Shown: piece by piece, positions 39,372 to 52,800 of the stretch
Layout: each line of letters begins with the position of its first letter
How positions within the stretch are numbered: position 1 is the stretch's first letter
DNA from: the human T2T-CHM13v2.0 reference genome, Homo sapiens
DNA length: 64,000 nucleotides
Assembly (NCBI RefSeq): GCF_009914755.1
Contig: NC_060941.1
Reading direction: 5' to 3' (one strand)
Made by a program: the position numbers and the translations under genes
Notes under the pieces: generated by a model
Told to the model about the DNA's origin: nothing
The model's database searches: none
The model's input: the letters and a program-made list of their open reading frames with translations, nothing else

Positions 39372-42300
39372 GAATTCGTTGGAAACGGGATAATTTCAGC
39401 TGACTAAACAGAAGCAGTCTCAGAATCTTCTTTGTGATGTTTGCATTCAAATCCCAGAGTTGAACTTTCCTTTCAAAGTTCACGTTTGAAACACTCTTTT
39501 TGCAGGATCTACAATTGGATATTTGGACCGCTCTGTGTCCTTCGTTCGAAACGGGTATATCTTCACATGACATCTAGAAAGAAGCATTCTCAGAAGCTTC
39601 TCTGTGATGACTGCATTCAACTCACGGAGTTGAACACTCCTTTTGAGAGCGCAGTTTTGAAACTCTCTTTCTGTGGCATCTGCAAGGAGACATGTAGACC
39701 TCTTTGAAGATTTCTTTGGAAACGAAATCATCTTCACATAAAAACTATACGGATGCATTCTCAGGAACTTTTTTGTGATGTTTGTATTCAACTCCCAGAG
39801 TTGAACTTTCCTTTGGAAAGAGCAGCTATGAAACACTCTTTTTCTAGAATCTGCAAGTGGACGTTTGGAGGGCTTTGTGGTTTGTGGTGGAAAAGGAAAT
39901 ATCTTCACCTAAATACTAGATAGAAGCATTCTCAGAAACTGCTTTGTGATGATTGCATTCACCTCACAGAGTTGAACATTCCTATTGATAGAGCAGTTTG
40001 GAAACACTCTTGTAGTGGAATGTGCAAGTGGAGATTTGGAGCGCTTTGAGGCCTATGGTAGTAAAGGGAATAGCTTCATAGAAAAACTAGACAGAAGCAT
40101 TCTCAGAAAATACTTTGTGATGATTGAGTTTAACTCACAGAGCTGAACATTCCTATGGATGGAGCAGGTTTGAGACACACTTTTTGTAGAATCTACAAGT
40201 GGATATTTGGACCTCTCTGAGGATTTCGTTGGAAACGGGATAACTGCACCTAACTAAACGGAAGCATTCTCAGAAACTTCTTGGTGATGTTTGCATTCAA
40301 ATCCCAGAGTTGAACCTTCCTTTGATAGTTCAGGTTTGAAACACTCTTTTTGTAGGATCTGCAAGTGGATATTTGGACCACTCTGTTTCCTTCTTTCGAA
40401 ACGGGTACATCTTCGCATAAAATCTAGACAGAAGCCTTCTCAGAAACTTCTCTGTGATGATTGCATTCAACTCACAGAGTTGAGCCCTCCTATGGATAGA
40501 GCAGTGTTGAAACTCTCTTTTTGTGGAATCTGCAAGTGAATATGTGGACCTTTCCGAAGATGTCTTTGGAAACGGGAGTATCTTCACATAAAAACTAAAC
40601 AGAAGCATTCTCAGAAACTTCTCTGTGATGTTTGTGTTCAACTCCCAGAGTTTCACATTGCTTCTCATAGAGTAGTTCTGAAACATGCTTTTCGTAGTGT
40701 CTGCAAGTGGACATTTGGAGCGCTTTCAGGCCTGTGGTGGAAAACGAATTATGGTCACATAAAAACTGGAGAGAAGCATTGTCAGAAACTTCTTTGTGAT
40801 GATTGCATTCAACTCACAGAGTTGAAGGTTCCTTTTCAAAGAGCAGTTTCCAATCACTCTTTCTGTGGAATCTGCAAGTGGATATTTGGACCTCTTTGAA
40901 GATTTCGTTGGAAACGGGAGAATCTTCACAGAAAAGCTAAACAGAAGCATTCTCAGAAACTTCTTTCTGATGCTTGCATTCAACTCACAGAGTTGAACTT
41001 TCCTTTTGAGAGAGAAGCTTTGAAACACTCTTTTTCCAGAATCTGCAAGTGGACATTTGGAGGGCTTTGAGGCCTGTGGTGGAAAAGGAATAATCTTCCC
41101 GTAAAAGCTAGATAGAAGCATTCTCAGAAACTACTTTGTGATGATTGCATTCAAGTCACAGAGTTGAACATTCCCTTTGACAGAGCAGTTTGGAAACTGT
41201 CTTTGTGTAGAATCTGCAAGTGGAGATATGGACCGCTTTGAGGCCTATGGTAGTAAAGGAAATAGCTTCATATAAAAGCTAGACAGTAGCATTCACAGAA
41301 AACTCTTGGTGACGACTGAGTTTAACACACAGAGCTGAACATTCCTTTGGATGGAGCAGTTTCGAAACACACTATTTGTAGAATGTGCAAGTGGATATTG
41401 GGGCCTCTCTGAGGATTTCGTTGGAAACGGGATAAACCTCACAGAACTAAACAGAAGCATTCTCAGAACCTTCTTCGTGATGTTTGCATTCAACTCATAG
41501 TGTTGAACCTTTGTTTGATAGTTCAGGTTTGAAACGGTCTTTCTGTAGAAACTGCAAGTAGATATTTGGACCTCTCTGAGGATTTCGTTGGAAACGGGAT
41601 AAACCGCACAGAACTAAAACAGAAGCATTCTCAGAACCCTCTTCGTGATGTTTGCATTCAACTCACAGTGGTGAAGCTTTCTTTGATAGTTCAGCTTTGA
41701 AACACTCTTCTTGTAGAAACTGCAAGTGGATATTTGGTCCTCTCTGACGATTTCGTTGGAAACGGGATAAAACGCACAGAACTAAACAGAAGCATTCTCA
41801 GAACCTTCTTCGTGATGTCTGCATTCAACTCACAGTGTGGAACCTTTCTTTGATAGTTCAGGTTTGAAACACTCTTTTTGTAGAAACTGCAAGGGGATAA
41901 TTGCACTCTTTGAGGAGTACCGTAGTAAAGGAAATAACTTCCTATAAAAAGAAGACAGAAGCTTTCTCAGAAAATTCTTTGGGGTGATTGAGTTGAACTC
42001 ACAGAGCTGAGCATTCCTTGCGATGTAGCAGTTTAGAAACACACTTTCTGCAGAATCTGCAAGTGCATATGTGGACCTCTCTGAGGAATTCGTTGGAAAC
42101 GGGATAATTTCAGCTGACTAAACAGAAGCAGTCTCAGAATCTTCTTTGTGATGTTTGCATTCAAATCCCAGAGTTGAACTTTCCTTTCAAAGTTCACGTT
42201 TGAAACACTCTTTTTGCAGGATCTACAAGTGGATATTTGGACCACTCTGTGTCCTTCGTTCGAAACGGGTATATCTTCACATGACATCTAGACAGAAGCA

Positions 42301-44799
42301 TCCTCAGAAGCTTCTCTGTGATGACTGCATTCAACTCACGGAGTTGAACACTCCTTTTGAGAGCGCAGTTTTGAAACTCTCTTTCTGTGGCATCTGCAAG
42401 GGGACATGTAGACCTCTTTGAAGATTTCGTTGGAAACGGAATCATCTTCACATAAAAACTATACAGATGCATTCTCAGGAACTTTTTGGTGATGTTTGTA
42501 TTCAACTCCCAGAGTTGAACTTTCCTTTGGAAAGAGCAGCTATGAAACACTCTTTTTCTAGAATCTGCAAGTGGACGTTTGGAGGGCTTTGTGGTTTGTG
42601 GTGGAAAAGGAAATATCTTCACCTAAATACTAGATAGAAGCATTCTCAGAAACTGCTTTGTGATGATTGCATTCACCTCACAGAGTTGAACATTCCTATT
42701 GATAGAGCAGTTTGGAAACACTCTTGTTGTGGAATGTGCAAGTGGAGATTTGGAGCGCTTTGAGGCCTATGGTAGTAAAGGGAATAGCTTCATAGAAAAA
42801 CTAGACAGAAGCATTCTCAGAAAATACTTTGTGATGATTGAGTTTAACTCACAGAGCTGAACATTCCTTTGGATGGAGCAGGTTTGAGACACACTTTTTG
42901 TAGAATCTACAAGTGGATATTTGGACCTCTCTGAGGATTTCGTTGGAAACGCGATAACTGCACCTAACTAAACGGAAGCATTCTCAGAAACTTCTTGGTG
43001 ATGTTTGCATTCAAATCCCAGAGTTGAACCTTCCTTTGATAGTTCAGGTTTGAAACACTCTTTTTGTAGGATCTGCAAGTGGATACTTGGACCACTCTGT
43101 GGCCTTCGTTCGAAACGGGTATATCTTCGCATAAAATCTAGACAGAAGCCTTCTCAGAAACTTCTCTGTGATGATTGCATTCAACTCACAGAGTTGAACC
43201 CTCCTATGGATAGAGCAGTGTTGAAACTCTCTTTTTGTGGAATCTGCAAGTGGATATGTGGACCTCTCCGAAGATGTCTTTGGAAACGGGAATATCTTCA
43301 CATAAAAACTAAACAGAAGCATTCTCAGAAACTTCTCTGTGATGTTTGTGTTCAACTCCCAGAGTTTCACATTGCTTTTCATAGAGTAGTTCTGAAACAT
43401 GCTTTTCGTAGTGTCTACAAGTGGACATTTGGAGCGCTTTCAGGCCTGTGGTGGAAAACGAATTATGGTCACATAAAAACTGGAGAGAAGCATTGTCAGA
43501 AACTTCTTTGTGATGATTGCATTCAACTCACAGAGTTGAAGGTTCCTTTTCAAAGAGCAGTTTCCAATCACTCTTTCTGTGGAATCTGCAAGTGGATATT
43601 TGGACCTCTTTGAAGATTTCGTTGGAAACGGGAGAATCTTCACAGAAAAGCTAAACAGAAGCATTCTCAGAAACTTCTTTCTGATGCTTGCATTCAACTC
43701 ACAGAGTTGAACTTTCCTTTTGAGAGAGAAGCTTTGAAACACTCTTTTTCCAGAATCTGCAAGTGGACATTTGGAGGGCTTTGAGGCCTGTGGTGGAAAA
43801 GGAATTATCTTCCCGTAAAAGCTAGATAGAAGCATTCTCAGAAACTACTTTGTGATGATTGCATTCAAGTCACAGAGTTGAACATTCCCTTTGACAGAGC
43901 AGTTTGGAAACTCTCTTTGTGTAGAATCTGCAAGTGGAGATATGGACCGCTTTGAGGCCTATGGTAGTAAAGGAAATAGCTTCATATAAAAGCTAGACAG
44001 TAGCATTCACAGAAAACTCTTGGTGACGACTGAGTTTAACACACAGAGCTGAACATTCCTTTGGATGGAGCAGTTTCGAAACACACTATTTGTAGAATGT
44101 GCAAGTGGATATTGGGGCCTCTCTGAGGATTTCGTTGGAAACGGGATAAACCGCACAGAACTAAACAGAAGCATTCTCAGAACCTTCTTCGTGATGTTTG
44201 CATTCAACTCACAGTGTTGAACCTTTCTTTGATAGTTCAGGTTTGAAACGGTCTTTCTGTAGAAACTGCAAGTAGATATTTGGACCTCTCTGAGGATTTC
44301 GTTGGAAACGGGATAAACCGCACAGAACTAAAACAGAAGCATTCTCAGAACCCTCTTCGTGATGTTTGCATTCAACTCACAGTGGTGAAGCTTTCTTTGA
44401 TAGTTCAGCTTTGAAACACTCTTCTTGTAGAAACTGCAAGTGGATATTTGGTCCTCTCTGACGATTTCGTTGGAAACGGGATAAAACGCACAGAACTAAA
44501 CAGAAGCATTCTCAGAACCTTCTTCGTGATGTCTGCATTCAACTCACAGTGTGGAACCTTTCTTTGATAGTTCAGGTTTGAAACACTCTTTTTGTAGAAA
44601 CTGCAAGGGGATAATTGCACTCTTTGAGGAGTACCGTAGTAAAGGAAATAACTTCCTCTAAAAAGAAGACAGAAGCTTTCTCAGAAAATTCTTTGGGATG
44701 ATTGAGTTGAACTCACAGAGCTGAGCATTCCTTGCGATGTAGCAGTTTAGAAACACACTTTCTGCAGAATCTGCAAGTGCATATGTGGACCTCTCTGAG

Positions 44800-47700
44800 G
44801 AATTCGTTGGAAACGGGATAATTTCAGCTGACTAAACAGAAGCAGTCTCAGAATCTTCTTTGTGATGTTTGCATTCAAATCCCAGAGTTGAACTTTCCTT
44901 TCAAAGTTCACGTTTGAAACACTCTTTTTGCAGGATCTACAAGTGGATATTTGCACCACTCTGTGTCCTTCGTTCGAAACGGGTATATCTTCACATGACA
45001 TCTAGACAGAAGCATCCTCAGAAGCTTCTCTGTGATGACTGCATTCAACTCACGGAGTTGAACACTCCTTTTGAGAGCGCAGTTTTGAAACTCTCTTTCT
45101 GTGGCATCTGCAAGGGGACATGTAGACCTCTTTGAAGATTTCGTTGGAAACGGAATCATCTTCACATAAAAACTATACAGATGCATTCTCAGGAACTTTT
45201 TGGTGATGTTTGTATTCAACTCCCAGAGTTGAACTTTCCTTTGGAAAGAGCAGCTATGAAACACTCTTTTTCTAGAATCTGCAAGTGGACGTTTGGAGGG
45301 CTTTGTGGTTTGTGGTGGAAAAGGAAATATCTTCACCTAAATACTAGATAGAAGCATTCTCAGAAACTGCTTTGTGATGATTGCATTCACCTCACAGAGT
45401 TGAACATTCCTATTGATAGAGCAGTTTGGAAACACTCTTGTTGTGGAATGTGCAAGTGGAGATTTGGAGCGCTTTGAGGCCTATGGTAGTAAAGGGAATA
45501 GCTTCATAGAAAAACTAGACAGAAGCATTCTCAGAAAATACTTTGTGATGATTGAGTTTAACTCACAGAGCTGAACATTCCTTTGGATGGAGCAGGTTTG
45601 AGACACACTTTTTGTAGAATCTACAAGTGGATATTTGGACCTCTCTGAGGATTTCGTTGGAAACGCGATAACTGCACCTAACTAAACGGAAGCATTCTCA
45701 GAAACTTCTTGGTGATGTTTGCATTCAAATCCCAGAGTTGAACCTTCCTTTGATAGTTCAGGTTTGAAACACTCTTTTTGTAGGATCTGCAAGTGGATAT
45801 TTGGACCACTCTGTGGCCTTCGTTCGAAACGGGTACATCTTCGCATAATATCTAGACAGAAGCCTTCTCAGAAACTTCTCTGTGATGATTGCATTCAACT
45901 CACAGATTTGAACCCTCCTATGGATAGAGCATTGTTGAAACTCTCTTTTTGTGGAATCTGCAAGTGGATATGTGGACCTCTCCGAAGATGTCTTTGGAAA
46001 CGGGAATATCTTCACATAAAAACTAAACAGAAGCATTCTCAGAAACTTCTCTGTGATGTTTGTGTTCAACTCCCAGAGTTTCACATTGCTTCTCATAGAG
46101 TACTTCCGAAACATGCTTTTCGTAGTGTCTGCAAGTGGACATTTGGAGCGCTTTCAGGCCTGTGGTATAAAACGAATTATGGTCCCATAAAAACTGGAGA
46201 GAAGCACTGTCAGAAACTTCTTTGTGATGATTGCATTCAACTCACAGAGATGAAGGTTCCTTTACAAACAGCAGTTTCCAAACACTCTTTCTGTGGAATC
46301 TGCAAGTGGATATTTGGACCTCTTTGAAGATTTCGTTGGAAACGGGAGAATCTTCACAGAAAAGTTAAACAGAAGCATTCTCAGAAACTTCTTTGTGATG
46401 CTTGCATTCAACTCACAGAGTTGAACTTTCCTTTCGAGAGAGAAGCTTTGAAACACTCTTTTTCCAGAATCTGCAAGTGGACATTTGGAGGGCTTTGAGG
46501 CCTGTGGTGGAAAAGGAATTAACATCCCGTAAAAGCTACATAGAAGCATTCTCCGAAACTACTTTGTGATGATTGCATTCAAGTCACAGAGTTGAACATT
46601 CCCTTTGACAGAGCAGTTTGGAAACTCTCTTTGTGTAGAATCTGCAAGTGGAGATATGGACCACATTGAGGCCTATGGTAGTAAAGGAAATAGCTTCATA
46701 TAAAAGCTAGACAGTAGCATTCACAGAAAACTCTTGGTGACGACTGAGTTTAACTCACAGAGCTGAACATTCCTTTGGATGGAGCAGTTTCGAAACACAC
46801 TATTTGTAGAATCTGCAAGTGGATATTTGGGCCTCTCTGAGGATTTCGTTGGAAACGGGATAAACCGCACAGAACTAAAACAGAAGCATTCTCAGAACCT
46901 TCTTCGTGATGTTTGCATTCAACTCACAGTGCTGAACCTTTCTTTGATAGTTCAGCTTTGAAACACTCTTTTTGTAGAAACTGCAAGTGGATAATTGTTC
47001 CTCTATGAGGATTTCGTTGGAAACGGGATAAACTGCACAGAACTAAACAGAAGCATTCTCAGAACCTTCTTCGTGATGTCTGCATTCATCTCACAGTGTG
47101 GAACCTTTCTTTGATAGGTCAGGTTTGAAACACTCTTTTTGTAGAAACTGCAAGGGGATAATTGCACTCTTTGAGGAGTACCGTAGTAAAGGAAATAACT
47201 TCCTATAAAAAGAAGACAGAAGCTTTCTCAGAAAATTCTTTGGGATGATTGAGTTGAACTCACAGAGCTGAGCATTCCTTGCGATGTAGCAGTTTAGAAA
47301 CACACTTTCTGCAGAATCTGCAAGTGCATATTTGGACCTCTGTGAGGAATTCGTTGGAAACGGGATAATTTCAGCTGACTAAACAGAAGCAGTCTCAGAA
47401 TCTTCTTTGTGATGTTTGCATTCAAATCCCCGAGTTGAACTTTCCTTTCAAAGTTCACGTTTGAAACACTCTTTTTGCAGGATCTACAAGTGGATATTTG
47501 GACCACTCTGTGTCCTTCGTTCGAAACGGGTATATCTTCACATGACATCTAGACAGAAGCATTCTCAGAAGCTTCTCTGTGATGACTGCATTCAACTCAC
47601 GGAGTTGAACACTCCTTTTGAGAGCGCAGTTTTGAAACTCTCTTTCTGTGGCATCTGCAAGGGGACATGTAGACCTCTTTGAAGATTTCGTTGGAAACGG

Positions 47701-49893
47701 AATCATCTTCACATAAAAACTATACAGATGCATTCTCAGGAACTTTTTGGTGATGTTTGTATTCAACTCCCAGAGTTGAACTTTCCTTTGGAAAGAGCAG
47801 CTATGAAACACTCTTTTTCTAGAATCTGCAAGTGGACGTTTGGAGGGCTTTGTGGTTTGTGGTGGAAAAGGAAATATCTTCACCTAAATACTAGATAGAA
47901 GCATTCTCAGAAACTGCTTTGTGATGATTGCATTCACCTCACAGAGTTGAACATTCCTATTGATAGAGCAGTTTGGAAACACTCTTCTTGTGGAATGTGC
48001 AAGTGGAGATTTGGAGCGCTTTGAGGTCTATGGTAGTAAAGGGAATAGCTTCATAGAAAAACTAGACAGAAGCATTCTCAGAAAATACTTTGTGATGATT
48101 GAGTTTAACTCACAGAGCTGAACATTCCTATGGATGGAGCAGGTTTGAGACACACTTTTTGTAGAATCTACAAGTGGATATTTGGACCTCTCTGAGGATT
48201 TCGTTGGAAACGGGATAACTGCACCTAACTAAACGGAAGCATTCTCAGAAACTTCTTGGTGATGTTTGCATTCAAATCCCAGAGTTGAACCTTCCTTTGA
48301 TAGTTCAGGTTTGAAACACTCTTTTTGTAGGATCTGCAAGTGGATGTTTGGACCACTCTGTGGCCTTCTTTCCAAACGGGTACATCTTCGCATAAAATCT
48401 AGACAGAAGCCTTCTCAGAAACTTCTCTGTGATGATTGCATTCAACTCACAGAGTTGAACCCTCCTATGGATAGAGCAGTGTTGAAACTCTCTTTTTGTG
48501 GAATCTGCAAGTGGATATGTGGACCTCTCCGAAGATGTCTTTGGAAACGGGAATATCTTCACATAAAAACTAAACAGAAGCATTCTCAGAAACTTCTCTG
48601 TGATGTTTGTGTTCAACTCCCAGAGTTTCACATTGCTTCTCATAGAGTACTTCCGAAACATGCTTTTCGTAGTGTCTGCAAGTGGACATTTGGAGCGCTT
48701 TCAGGCCTGTGGTATAAAACGAATTATGGTCCCATAAAAACTGGAGAGAAGCACTGTCAGAAACTTCTTTGTGATGATTGCATTCAACTCACAGAGATGA
48801 AGGTTCCTTTACAAACAGCAGTTTCCAAACACTCTTTCTGTGGAATCTGCAAGTGGATATTTGGACCTCTTTGAAGATTTCGTTGGAAACGGGAGAATCT
48901 TCACAGAAAAGTTAAACAGAAGCATTCTCAGAAACTTCTTTGTGATGCTTGCATTCAACTCACAGAGTTGAACTTTCCTTTCGAGAGAGAAGCTTTGAAA
49001 CACTCTTTTTCCAGAATCTGCAAGTGGACATTTGGAGGGCTTTGAGGCCTGTGGTGGAAAAGGAATTAACATCCCGTAAAAGCTACATAGAAGCATTCTC
49101 CGAAACTACTTTGTGATGATTGCATTCAAGTCACAGAGTTGAACATTCCCTTTGACAGAGCAGTTTGGAAACTCTCTTTGTGTAGAATCTGCAAGTGGAG
49201 ATATGGACCACATTGAGGCCTATGGTAGTAAAGGAAATAGCTTCATATAAAAGCTAGACAGTAGCATTCACAGAAAACTCTTGGTGACGACTGAGTTTAA
49301 CTCACAGAGCTGAACATTCCTTTGGATGGAGCAGTTTCGAAACACACTATTTGTAGAATCTGCAAGTGGATATTTGGGCCTCTCTGAGGATTTCGTTGGA
49401 AACGGGATAAACCGCACAGAACTAAAACAGAAGCATTCTCAGAACCTTCTTCGTGATGTTTGCATTCAACTCACAGTGCTGAACCTTTCTTTGATAGTTC
49501 AGCTTTGAAACACTCTTTTTGTAGAAACTGCAAGTGGATAATTGTTCCTCTATGAGGATTTCGTTGGAAACGGGATAAACTGCACAGAACTAAACAGAAG
49601 CATTCTCAGAACCTTCTTCGTGATGTCTGCATTCATCTCACAGTGTGGAACCTTTCTTTGATAGGTCAGGTTTGAAACACTCTTTTTGTAGAAACTGCAA
49701 GGGGATAATTGCACTCTTTGAGGAGTACCGTAGTAAAGGAAATAACTTTCTATAAAAAGAAGACAGAAGCTTTCTCAGAAAATTCTTTGGGATGATTGAG
49801 TTGAACTCACAGAGCTGAGCATTCCTTGCGATGTAGCAGTTTAGAAACACACTTTCTGCAGAATCTGCAAGTGCATATTTGGACCTCTGTGAG
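44800..49893 (+). repeat. Two tandem 15-mer HOR variants, junction type B (2547 bp each)
   Basis: EcoRI at 44800, 47347 and 49894; same junction as the 38.9-kb 15-mer. Confidence 0.93.
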
Positions 49894-52800
49894 GAATTCG
49901 TTGGAAACGGGATAATTTCAGCTGACTAAACAGAAGCAGTCTCAGAATCTTCTTTGTGATGTTTGCATTCAAATCCCCGAGTTGAACTTTCCTTTCAAAG
50001 TTCACGTTTGAAACACTCTTTTTGCAGGATCTACAAGTGGATATTTGGACCACTCTGTGTCCTTCGTTCGAAACGGGTATATCTTCACATGACATCTAGA
50101 CAGAAGCATTCTCAGAAGCTTCTCTGTGATGACTGCATTCAACTCACGGAGTTGAACACTCCTTTTGAGAGCGCAGTTTTGAAACTCTCTTTCTGTGGCA
50201 TCTGCAAGGGGACATGTAGACCTCTTTGAAGATTTCGTTGGAAACGGAATCATCTTCACATAAAAACTATACAGATGCATTCTCAGGAACTTTTTGGTGA
50301 TGTTTGTATTCAACTCCCAGAGTTGAACTTTCCTTTGGAAAGAGCAGCTATGAAACCCTCTTTTTCTAGAATCTGCAAGTGGACGTTTGGAGGGCTTTGT
50401 GGTTTGTGGTGGAAAAGGAAATATCTTCACCTAAATACTAGATAGAAGCATTCTCAGAAACTGCTTTGTGATGATTGCATTCACCTCACAGAGTTGAACA
50501 TTCCTATTGATAGAGCAGTTTGGAAACACTCTTCTTGTGGAATGTGCAAGTGGAGATTTGGAGCGCTTTGAGGTCTATGGTAGTAAAGGGAATAGCTTCA
50601 TAGAAAAACTAGACAGAAGCATTCTCAGAAAATACTTTGTGATGATTGAGTTTAACTCACAGAGCTGAACATTCCTATGGATGGAGCAGGTTTGAGACAC
50701 ACTTTTTGTAGAATCTACAAGTGGATATTTGGACCTCTCTGAGGATTTCGTTGGAAACGGGATAACTGCACCTAACTAAACGGAAGCATTCTCAGAAACT
50801 TCTTGGTGATGTTTGCATTCAAATCCCAGAGTTGAACCTTCCTTTGATAGTTCAGGTTTGAAACACTCTTTTTGTAGGATCTGCAAGTGGATGTTTGGAC
50901 CACTCTGTGGCCTTCTTTCGAAACGGGTACATCTTCGCATAAAATCTAGACAGAAGCCTTCTCAGAAACTTCTCTGTGATGATTGCATTCAACTCACAGA
51001 GTTGAACCCTCCTATGGATAGAGCAGTGTTGAAACTCTCTTTTTGTGGAATCTGCAAGTGGATATGTGGACCTCTCCGAAGATGTCTTTGGAAACGGGAA
51101 TATCTTCACATAAAAACTAAACAGAAGCATTCTCAGAAACTTCTCTGTGATGTTTGTGTTCAACTCCCAGAGTTTCACATTGCTTCTCATAGAGTAGTTC
51201 TGAAACATGCTTTTCGTAGTGTCTGCAAGTGGACATTTGGAGCGCTTTCAGGCCTGTGGTGGAAAACGAATTATGGTCCCATAAAAACTGGAGAGAAGCA
51301 TTGTCAGAAACTTCTTTGTGATGATTGCATTCAACTCACAGAGTTGAAGGTTCCTTTTCAAAGAGCAGTTTCCAATCACTCTTTCTGTGGAATCTGCAAG
51401 TGGATATTTGGACCTCTTTGAAGATTTCGCTGGAAACGGGAGAATCTTCACAGGAAAGCTAAACAGAAGCATTCTCAGAAACTTCTTTGTGATGCTTGCA
51501 TTCAACTCACAGAGTTGAACTTTCCTTTCGAGAGAGAAGCTTTGAAACACTCTTTTTCCAGAATCTGCAAGTGGACATTTGGAGGGCTTTGAGGCCTGTG
51601 GTGGAAAAGGAATTATCTTCCCGTAAAAGCTAGATAGAAGCATTCTCAGAAACTACTTTGTGATGATTGCATTCAAGTCACAGAGTTGAACATTCCCTTT
51701 GACAGAGCAGTTTGGAAACTCTCTTTGTGTAGAATCTGCAAGTGGAGATATGGACCGCTTTGAGGCCTATGGTAGTAAAGGAAATAGCTTCATATAAAAG
51801 CTAGACAGTAGCATTCACAGAAATCTCTTGGTGACGACTGAGTTTAACTCACAGAGCTGAACATTCCTTTGGATGGAGCAGTTTCGAAACACACTATTTG
51901 TAGAATGTGCAAGTGGATATTGGGGCCTCTCTGAGGATTTCGTTGGAAACGGGATAAACCGCACAGAACTAAACAGAAGCATTCTCAGAACCTTCTTCGT
52001 GATGTTTGCATTCAACTCACAGTGTTGAACCTTTCTTTGATAGTTCAGGTTTGAAACGGTCTTTCTGTAGAAACTGCAAGTAGATATTTGGACCTCTCTG
52101 AGGATTTCGTTGGAAACGGGATAACCCGCACAGAACTAAAACAGAAGCATTCTCAGAACCCTCTTCGTGATGTTTGCATTCAACTCACAGTGCTGAACCT
52201 TTCTTTGATAGTTCAGCTTTGAAACACTCTTTTTGTAGAAACTGCAAGTGGATATTTGGTCCTCTCTGAGGATTTCGTTGGAAACGGGATAAACTGCACA
52301 GAACTAAACAGAAGCATTCTCAGAACCTTCTTCGTGATGTCTGCATTCAACTCACAGTGTGGAACCTTTCTTTGACAGGTCAGGTTTGAAACACTCTTTT
52401 TGTAGAAACTGCAAGGGGATAATTGCACTCTTTGAGGAGTACCGTAGTAAAGGAAATAACTTCCTATAAAAAGAAGACAGAAGCTTTCTCAGAAAATTCT
52501 TTGGGATGATTGAGTTGAACTCACAGAGCTGAGCATTCCTTGCGATGTAGCAGTTTAGAAACACACTTTCTGCAGAATCTGCAAGTGCATATTTGGACCT
52601 CTGTGAGGAATTCGTTAGAAACGGGATAATTTCAGCTGACTAAACAGAAGCAGTCTCAGAATCTTCTTTGTGATGTTTGCATTCAAATCCCCGAGTTGAA
52701 CTTTCCTTTCAAAGTTCACGTTTGAAACACTCTTTTTGCAGGATCTACAAGTGGATATTTGGACCGCTCTGTGTCCTTCGTTCGAAACGGGTATATCTTC

